From the NCBI GenBank assembly GCA_964304625.1, contig OZ199839.1:10775186-10839185 (forward strand): DNA of 64,000 nucleotides, given 5' to 3'. The DNA comes from Kudoa neothunni. Its lineage: Eukaryota > Animalia > Cnidaria. Below the pieces are notes generated by a model. It worked only from the letters and a program-made list of their open reading frames with translations, was not told where the DNA came from and did no database searches. Of this stretch, positions 54,597-64,000 are shown piece by piece (positions within the stretch are counted from its first letter, which is position 1; every line of letters starts with the position of its first letter). The translations under genes were made by a program, and so were the position numbers.

Positions 54597-57500
54597 TTAT
54601 TGGTTGGTTTTATTCATTTTGATGGCTTTTCTGACAAAATTCTTTATAATTTCGAAATCATGACTGCTTAGTTTATCTTTTAGGTTGATTAATTCAACTG
54701 TGGCGTCTTCCACGTCATGTCTATTCTATCGTGAATTTCTTCTTATATCGAATAATAAACTTAAATATTTATCATACAAGTTTTTTCTCTTCAACTTTTT
54801 CCCTATTTCTCTCTGATCTGTCTCGAGATTTTTCTAAGATATGTTATTAAGATTCGATTATCTCTATTGGAAAGTTATGAGAAACTAAATAATATACCTT
54901 TTGAGGAAATTTCTCTAAAAATGGGTCTATTTGAAACTTTAATACAATAGTAATAATTTCTTATTTACTTTTTCTTGTGTTTCTCTTTGACTGGTGGATG
55001 TGGTAGAGGCATTGAATCATAGGTAACTCCGTCTACATCGTGCTCATCGTCGTCGTACTTTTCCCCCGACATAGGCTCATTATTGCTAACATGGTGATCT
55101 CTGAGATTATGAGTATTTGGGTGATATTCCTTAGTTAGAGCAATTATATATTTGCAGGATAACCAAAATATTCGTTAATTCAAAATTTACCAACTTTTCA
55201 TAGTCGTACGGTACATGATGTTGGTAGGGAAATTCCATATGATTTAAATTCGTTTGCGGTGGTGGATATGATATTTCCCGTTGAAGCCCCGATCCAAAAT
55301 ATTGTTGACCATGGTATATAGGTTGGCTACCCATAAGAGGTACATTGTGAGTGATTGGAGCAGGTTGAATGCCCATTGGTGGTGCATTGTAATTGATTGG
55401 AGCAGGATGAGAGTACATGTAATTAGGTTCGAGTGGCATCGGTGGTGTTTGCATTGATATTGGCATCGGTGGTGCCTGCATTGGTATTGGCATCTGTGGT
55501 GCTTGCATTGATATTGGCATCTGTGGTGCTTGCATTTGTATTGGCATCTGTGGTGCTTGCATTTGTATTGGCATCTGTGGTGCTTGCATTTGTATTGGCA
55601 TTATTGGTCCGGGATTATAAGATACTGAATAAGGTTGGGGATTCATTGGTTGACCTGACATATAATTTGTCATTTGATGGGGGTCATACATTGGTGGTTC
55701 GTTGATTATGTTTTCGTACTAAAGAAATTAGTTTCTTCGGACGATAGAACAACTGAATTTACTGGAATTTCAGGTACAAATTTGATTGGTATCTCCATTG
55801 GAGTTGGTTTTTGGGGGAGATTCTCCGTTATTATTTCCTTTAATGTATCTTTGATCAAGTCTCTTGAACTTTCCAAGTTGATGGGTGACACTTGAGGTCT
55901 ATTGATCGGCTGCAATGACGGTAGGGAAACCGTCGGAGAGAATTGGGCTACTGGTCTATTTTCATTTACAACTATGGGCTCAAGCTCTATTGTAAAGAAT
56001 AGAAATGTCCTTACGATTCAAAAATTTAATACCTATTTCTGGCAATGCTGGTTCTTGGTATATAACTGGTTGAGGTATTTCAGGAATAATTTTAGTAACA
56101 GGTATATTATTTTGGGGTAGTGCCATTACTAATGGAGGAGATGACTGGGGAGTTAATGGAATACTGATTAAATTTTCCGATGGGGGAGGAGTTAGGGCAA
56201 TGTTTACATATTCAACTGTTGGAGGAGCAGGTGTTACGACCATATGAACGTACTCAACTTTAGGTGTAGGAGCAGGAGTTACGACCATATGAACGTACTC
56301 AACTTTAGGAGGAGGAGGAGGAGCAGGTGTTACGACCATCTGAACGTACTCAACTTTAGGGGAAGGAGCAGTTACAGCAACGTTGACGTATTCCACCATA
56401 GTTGGAGGGGGAGTTTCAGTCGTGCTAACATATTCTACATGGGTAACCTGGATTGGTTCTTTTACAACCTCTATAATTGGTGCAGCCGAGACTGGCGCTG
56501 TCGCGACCTCTACAACTTTTGCAATTGGTAATGGCGTTGTCGCAACCTCTATAATTGGTGCAGTAGAGACTGGCGTTGTCGCAACCACTATAACTTGTGC
56601 AGTTGGTAGTGGCGCTTTAGCTACATCTACAACTGATGTAGCCGGAAGTGGTGCTTTAGCAACCTCTACAACTGATGAAGCCTGAAGTGGCGCTTTAGCT
56701 ACCTCTACAACTGATGTAGCCGGAAGTGGTGCTTTAGCAACCTCTACAACTGATGTAGCCGGAAGTGGTGCTTTAGCAACCTCTACAACTGATGAAGCCT
56801 GAAGTGGTGCTTTAGCAACCTCTACAACTGATGAAGCCTGAAGTGGCGCTTTAGCAACCTCTACAACTGATGAAGCCTGAAGTGGTGCTTTAGCAACCTC
56901 TACAACTGATGAAGCCTGAAGTGGTGCTTTAGCAACCTCTACAACTGATGAAGCCTGAAGTGGCGCTTTAGCTACCTCTACAACTGATGCAGCCGGAAGT
57001 GGTGCTTTAGCTGCCTCTACAACGGATGCAGCCTGATGTGGCATGTTTAAGATCTTAGCCACTTTACCTCTGGGAAGAGGAACTTGACTAATATTTGAAT
57101 GGTTTGAATATGGTGGAGATTCAAATTTCTGTGCAGAATGTTTGAGAACATTACGAACGTAAATATCTGGAGGTGGTTTTTTGAGTGCTTGAAGCAAGAT
57201 ACCATATGGACTGTTACTTTTGTCTGCTTTTAAAAAATAATAATTTTCTTCATTATTATATATTTTTAATATTTAAAAACTTAAATAATGTTTTATATTT
57301 AATCTAGAAACTTACCAAGATAATTTGGTTGTTGGTTGTGAATATGTTTCATGTGATTATCATTAGGAGTACCTAGTCAATAATAATTTTCTGGTTGAAG
57401 CATTTGTTTACTTGGTTGGGAACGGAAAAAATTCTTCATTTCTTGATGAAACTCATGTTTGTTTGAGTATATTTTGTTATTCGAGGATGTAAGAAGTGGG

Positions 57501-58497
57501 TTTTGTTTTAAAAGTGGCCATGGAGGATGATCACTTATAAAACTTCTACTTTGGGCATTCTGCCGACTAGAAGTAATTTAGAAAAATATAAGGATTATTA
57601 GATACTCATTAATATTTTTTAAGACATTAAGAAATTTTGTTGCCAACAAGTGAGCAGCCATTGTTTTTTGATAAACTTGAGATAATTATTGTTAGCTTGA
57701 AGATCGCATTGAAAGAAATTTACCTGAATATATATCAAATAATGGTATTAATGAGGTTGTTAATTTTTGAAGGATGCTGGGCATTTATAATTAGTATAAA
57801 TAAATTTTTTATGAAACAAAGAGCGTATCACATTGAGTTGTTGAACGATAGATCATCATCTCCCTCCCTCAAGCATTCGACTGAATATTGTGATAGTTGT
57901 CTAGAAGGCGGGACTTATTATTAATTCGACAATAATAATTACTCTTTAAATTCATGTGATGGTTTATCAATTTTATTGGATGGTCCACCATACATACAAC
58001 CATTGCTATTTGTTTGTTTGATCAGACTTTGAATAAGACTACGCTTTAAATCTTTTTCAACTTGATGACTACTATTGTTGGCAATAGTATCTATATGTAT
58101 TGTTCACACATTATGATAAAAAATAATTGAACAACTTAGATAATTGTTTATTTTTTGATCAAAGATTTTCAGAACTGTATTTCTCAAGAGTGCCTTCCGG
58201 AAAATTTTCTTGAATTGTTTAAGATAGACATATTTGATACAGCAATAAGTTACATTTACATTATAATATTTTTGTAAAATTTCCGTAGATCTGTCAAATA
58301 AGATTAAGTATTATTTTAATATGTTAAACTTTAGGAAATATTTTGGGAAAATACGTGTCTATAACATATTTTGGAGGTTGATGAGGATTATCTTCCCAAA
58401 ATCCTGCTGGCGATGGTGGTTGACCTATTTTAGTAGATTTACATGACAAATAGAGAAAATTTAAATAGATAAAAAAATAAAACAAGTCAAAGGACAT
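54597..58497 (-). CDS. Large secreted Pro/Val/Ala-rich tandem-repeat protein (about 1,100 aa, estimated)
   Basis: Signal-peptide-like MSFDLFYFFIYLNFLYLSCKS. In-phase splicing links ORFs 55980-57197, 55706-55915 and 55131-55691 and a basic helical C-terminal part ending KMNKTNQ*. The small 5' exons were not all checked. Confidence 0.75.
55440..55601 (-). repeat. Coding 27-nt tandem repeat x6 (MPIQMQAPQ)
   Basis: Direct reading of ORF 55131-55691. Confidence 0.95.
56200..56459 (-). repeat. Coding degenerate repeat (VEYVxMVVTPAPP), about 6 copies
   Basis: Direct reading; variable poly-Pro spacers. Confidence 0.9.
56460..57044 (-). repeat. Coding 39-nt tandem repeat x15 (APLQASSVVEVAK)
   Basis: Direct reading; central units are near-identical and edge units are degenerate. 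Confidence 0.95.
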
Positions 58498-60378
58498 AGT
58501 CCCCAATATTATTATTTCCAAAATATTTGTTATTGATCTCAAATGACAGCTGTGGTTGTCATGTTTAAACTTAGAGTATACAAAAAACAATTAACACGTT
58601 AATTGAACAAATTTCACTCTTAATTGTTCCCTGTTTATAGAATTTCTTTTGTTTAAATGTCACGAAGTTTTTCGTTTGCAATACTGGGGTTATTCGGATT
58701 GTATTGTTACATTGTCAAGCGCTTTATTGAATTTCAGTTTATATTTATTTATGAATTAAAAAATAATAAACTGAATTTGAATTTATTTAAAAATTGTTAA
58801 TATGTAATAATAAATAATTTCAAATAGTTTTTCATTATTAAATGACCTTTTATGACAAAATTTATGTAAAAAAACCTAGTTGGTTAATGGCTTAACAAGA
58901 ATTGGAATATCGTACATTTTCGTGTATTCAAAAGTAGTATATAACATATTTAAAACGTATACTCATTTCCAGTAGAAGTCATCGAATGGTTGGTTGTCCT
59001 TCGAATTTATTTTGCCTTCGATTGAGCATGAATCTTAATCGCACATAATATCACATATTACTGTAAGGAGAGATTCCAATTATGTATAATCGGTGCATTA
59101 CGTCTGAAGCATGCTAGCTGTACTATATTTCCTTGACTAAATGTATGGGTCTTGGACCCATAATTAATTGGGAATTCTAGTATAAACCTCATACACACGA
59201 AAAAAAATTACGTCCCCTACAATGTGGAACGTAACTTTGAATGTATCGAGCCTTAAAAATACCTTTATAGATAATGTATTACAAATTTTTATTGTGTATT
59301 TTAATAATTAAGTTTCAAATACAAATTATTGCTAAAAAACTTTTTATTCTCTTGGACATGTTTACAAGGAACACCTAATTAATCCGGTGAGTACGTGGGT
59401 TAGCTGTGTATCATTAAACACGTGAAGTTGGAGAGGACCATTGTAGTTCATAGAAAAACTTGCATACTATTTATTATTATAATTTTTGGGCCAATTTAAA
59501 TTTCATTTCAGTTTATAATAATGCTTTGAATATTACATATTTTTTAATATTTATCATTTTAAAATTTTGTGGTTAAATGAAAAAACATCAAAAGTTATGA
59601 ATATCGATAAAAAAGGACATAACGATTAGCTTAAAACTAATGAAGTAATTAGTGGTTCTAACTTAAGCTTTATTATTATGCTCCATAAGTTATTTAAAAT
59701 TAATTTAAAACTTATTTTGAAAAAATAATTATTTAATGGACGAATAAGCATATTAATAATAATTAGAAATTCAAGTCCCCATAGATAGTTTTAATCATAA
59801 AATTTTAATTCTGTTGCTTTGCGTTTGTCTCTATTTTAGGTACGGATTTATTATTGCATACAAAATTTCAACTCAGGACATACAACGTTATATCGATGCG
59901 TTTCTGCATTTATATGAGTAAAATTATCTACGGTAATGACATCCCCAAAATGTCCCTGTTAAAATGTTTAAATAAAATGATTAAACGATTATTTAAACAC
60001 ACAAAATTTTATGATTCGACGAATAATGCTACTTTTTTTAAATTAAACATCTATTAGTAAAATATATTTTTGAACAAATTTTTGAAGTCTTAAAAATCAC
60101 AAAAAAAGTTACAAACAACGAAAGTGCAATTTTAACAGAAATTTCGTAATAATCTTGAAATAACAATTTATAAATTGTTTTAAATTAAACGATAATTTAT
60201 TTTAAATTATTTTTCAATCTAAAATTTCATCAGGGTATAATTTGTGATATATTAGACAATAATTATCCTAATAAAATTATGCAACAATAATATGAAACAA
60301 TGAGAAATATATACAACCAATTTTTAAAATCATGTAATCATTTGTAAATTAATAGTATTTTTGGGAAACCAACTATTA

Positions 60379-61033
60379 CGGTAACTTATGGGTCATGCGC
60401 AATTATGGTTCATGTGTAATGATTTTTTTCATAACTGCGAAGATTATGGCTTTTGCGTCGATAGGCTGTGAAAAAATTCTAACTCTATTTCAAAAGTTGA
60501 ATAAATGAGATATTATCAAAAATTAAGGAGTAAATCAATGGCTAAATTTGAAACAATGAATATCTTTAATGTAAAGGCAAGGTTTGCGTTGAATATTACT
60601 ATAAACATCTCGAATAATTGTTTTAACCTTAAAAAGAATTTTCTGTTCTAACAAGAAAATTTCTCAAAAGGAGAAAATATGGATTTTGATCTGCAAGTGG
60701 AAGAGTAGATTGAGCTGATGAGAGCAAAAAAGAAAGAAGATTCTCAATATGTTTTTATTAATAAAGCTAATGAATTCCTTATGATACTTCCAAATCCGCG
60801 CCTGTTAAAATAATTTGATTTATGATTTAATAAGTAGATTTAACATTTCGCATAATGCATTGTTAGTGAATCATCGAAATTTAATTCGTGTTCCATTTGA
60901 ATGAATATAAATATTAAACTAAGTAAGTATGCTAGTTGGTCAGAATATAACCTAATTTTTTATTTAATTTCACACGCACAAAGTTACGTGCCGTGCGTAA
61001 TAATATTGATTACGCACGGCCCATAAATCACTG
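60379..61033 (+). mobile_element. Internally deleted pogo/Tc1-mariner-type element with TIRs and TA target duplication
   Basis: TA|cggtaacttatgggtcatgcgcaat at 60377 versus the reverse complement of the right end, TA|cagtgatttatgggccgtgcgtaat (TA at 61034-61035). The internal remnant VEE*IELMRAK..KANEF resembles a CENP-B-type HTH. Confidence 0.75.
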
Positions 61034-61307
61034 TATTTAAACAGATCACTCTTTATTCCTATGTATTTTATAAGAACGCAAATTCTCTGTCTATTTGTTT
61101 ATTTTATTTCACAAAAATATTATAAATTTGGTTATTAATAACATTAAAAATAAATTCTTTAAAAAACGACATTTAAAATTTAAATAATGGTTTCTAATCC
61201 AAATTCAAATTCTATGTGATAAGGTAAGATGTTTTTCTATTAATCAATCTCATAAATGACTTAAGTTATGAAATTCTCTTTCAAATTGAACTTTTATTAG
61301 TTTATTA

Positions 61308-61344
<37 letters not shown>

Positions 61345-62272
61345 GTTTTAAAACAAAAGTTCAAAAGCGATAATTAAACGCCCCCTCACGATTTTTACTG
61401 GTGCTTCATCTATCCGCGTCTTTCAAATCAATAATTAAGTTGTGCGAGGTATCCCTCTTGGGCACCGTGTCTTCATTTTACTTTTTTGTATCATTCATAA
61501 TTTCAGGTAGTTTACTTTTATATATTTAGAATTTTTGTTTAAAATTATTGACATGATATTCAAATTCTTTTGCCTTTTATTTCTAGATGAGAAAATAAAC
61601 AAAAATAAAATGCACACATGGAAATTGTTTGTCTAAACATTTTTATCCGGTTTTGTTTCAATTCAGATATAAAGTTTCTTAGTATATAATTGTGATTTTT
61701 ATGATGTAATATCATTTCAATCCACACATACCACCAAGTATGGATAAATAATCAGTGAAGCGAGCTAAATATATTATTTAGCAATAAAATTTCATTTTTA
61801 CACATTATACAATGATCTCCAATTTAAACACCATAGAAATTTTAATATTAACTCTAAAATATAATTTTCGAAGTTAAAATATTTATATAAACAAACAAAC
61901 AAATAAATCAATTATAATTTTTCAAAAATAATTGTTGGTAATTATGTGTATTAGCATACAAACTAGAATTCAATTATGTTCATATCGTATTTTGACTAGA
62001 TTTGCTATTCAGACAGTAATTAAACTGATGGATTTAATGAAATAAAATTCAGTGGAAAATCTGCGAAAATAGTCGTAATAATGTATGTTTATAATAAGAC
62101 GAATCTAAGTGGAACAATATTTGATTTGGAAAACTTAATATCTATATAAAATAAAATAAAACTATTTTATGTTAATACACGCGTATCTTTAAACATTTTC
62201 AAGGCAAGCATAAAAATGCGCGGTGTTTACTAACAGAAGCGCGCGCAATCTGTCGTAATCCATATAGGATAG

Positions 62273-64000
62273 ATGGAGTCGAGAAAGTTGGAATTGTTGG
62301 GTAACCTCGCTGCAGTGGACAAACAAATGAAAGAACTAAAGTCATACGTCTGCTCGATATTCTCTGCGTATCCGTTGACGGATCGCGATAATAAACAGCA
62401 AATGGTAATTTTAATTCAACGTTGATTGCGCATCATATCAATTACAAAACCTCATACCATCTAATAATCCGCTTAGGAGTTGGATAAAAAATACAAGTTA
62501 TGTAAATCGATTTTGGAGCGGTTAAATGGAGAGTTGAATAAATTCGACAATCAACTTGATTCGGTATACCAAATGAGGTCGAAGTTATTCGAAGGTAATT
62601 TTTAGTGTGATGAGTTTAAAATTTTTCTATATGAATTTTTCAGACAAACAGAAATCGTATCAAAGCAGAGCCAAATTGTACTACACGCCAACGCCTAAAA
62701 AAGTCGAATCTAACAAAGACCGACTAGCCTCGAGAAGAATGTCTTCAGCGGATCGGTTGGTGACGACAAAGACTAATCCTCTCATTAGAAAAATGTATAA
62801 TTTGATTGTTGGTTGAAGCCTTAATTATAAGAGATTATAGTGAGAGACCTCCCGCTGTCAATAAACGACAATCGTTATTCGACGTGAAAGCCAATAAAAT
62901 CAAAAATGACCTCGCCACAAAACTCACTAAACCCGCAAACCCCACAAAACCGTCTAATTTCGGGACTAATTTCAAAGAGAACTCCGATAGGAAATTACCT
63001 TCCTCAATTTCGTCAATTAAGTCATTACCAAACAATAGCAACAACGTGAAAAAAATCAATAACACTCCAACTTTTCATAAAATCACCAACTCAAACACAG
63101 TCAGACAACCAAGAGCGTATTTAACTTGGTTCATGTGTTTATCTATACACAACACAATATAGGAGTTTATGCAATTCCGCTCTCCTTAAACCGCGAACTA
63201 ATTCCACGACCAGCACCGAAAATAAAACTATTTTTAAAATTCCAACCATGATTGTCTCAAATCGTGGGTTGGGTGGTAACAAGGAACTGGAAAATAGTTT
63301 CAACGAACAACCGATTAAACAATCGATTTGTACGCCCTCTCGTATACCTATTGCTAAGGCGTACACCGAACAACCGCCTATTTCTATCAGTCGTAACACC
63401 AATGTCGAGCACACCTCGTTAAGCAATGCTTCTACTAAAGAATCTAACCAATTTAAAATACCCAGAAAATCTATTTTCACTCTTAACACAAATCTGCTAA
63501 AAACACCTACTAGATTGCCGATAGGAGTTGGAGTTGGAGTGGCTAATGATCCACACGATTCCACATCTGTAACTCCTAAGAATATATTGCTTCATTCTAA
63601 TTGTATATTTTTTACTTATTCTGGTGCAAATTACATAAATATTATGTTCTAATTGTTTAATTGTAGTTGGATTACCGAAAATAATCGATAATTTAAAAAA
63701 TGAAGAGGAAATTGTCGATAATCAAAACAAAAAAAGACATTCAATTTTGTAAATTATTTTTTGATATTTTTATTTCCAATTAACATATTATTGCACAGGC
63801 CAACTCCATCTGGATTGAGTTCTATCTACAGTAATTTGCTTTTGGCGGTCAGTCACTAATCAATTTGTTTTAAATTTGTTTTAGAAGCGTCTGCGCTAAA
63901 CTCTGGCAACAAATCAAGCAATTAAATAGATTATTCTATTGGTCTAACCTATCAATTTAGATTTTACTGTTTTTACTCCTAGACCACACCTGAAAAAACC
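62273..64000 (+). CDS. Coiled-coil N-terminus plus basic S/T/P/N-rich disordered protein with SxIP-like motifs (3' end outside the window or uncertain)
   Basis: MESRKLELLGNLAAVDKQMKELK...|ELDKKYKLCKSILERLNGELNKFDNQLD (heptads); later exons contain PSRIP, PTRLP, RKLP, FKIP x2 and several TP sites. Confidence 0.7.

Noticed and set aside
56460-57044. Regular 39-nt repeats resembling a CRISPR array
   Set aside because: There are no unique spacers, the unit is a multiple of 3 inside an open frame, and the context is eukaryotic with no cas genes.

Overview
AT-rich eukaryotic (animal-type) genomic DNA, with genes broken by very short GT-AG introns (about 35-100 nt) and highly divergent proteins. 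This is consistent with a compact, fast-evolving parasite genome such as a myxozoan; the taxon is an inference only. Recognisable genes are ABCF1 (5' part), SRRT/Ars2, TBC1D13, PDSS1, a two-RRM hnRNP A/B/D-type protein, PPIL4 and MEAF6. Less certain models are a PDZ+SH3 adaptor, a PTB-like protein, a claudin-like multipass protein, a membrane-anchored dynamin/EHD-like GTPase split by a 2.6-kb intron, an orphan type I surface protein, a large secreted tandem-repeat protein and a coiled-coil/SxIP protein. Intergenic DNA holds decayed DNA transposons of five superfamilies (piggyBac, Merlin, hAT, MULE, pogo), some nested. The strongest non-obvious signal is a GC-only, near-palindromic motif (GCGCAYGCGC/GCGCGC, NRF1-like). 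It sits upstream of the housekeeping genes, was not seen upstream of the surface, secreted or signalling genes, and also occurs near transposon ends. Exon boundaries were inferred by eye and no database searches were run. No tRNA, rRNA, snRNA or CRISPR array could be supported.
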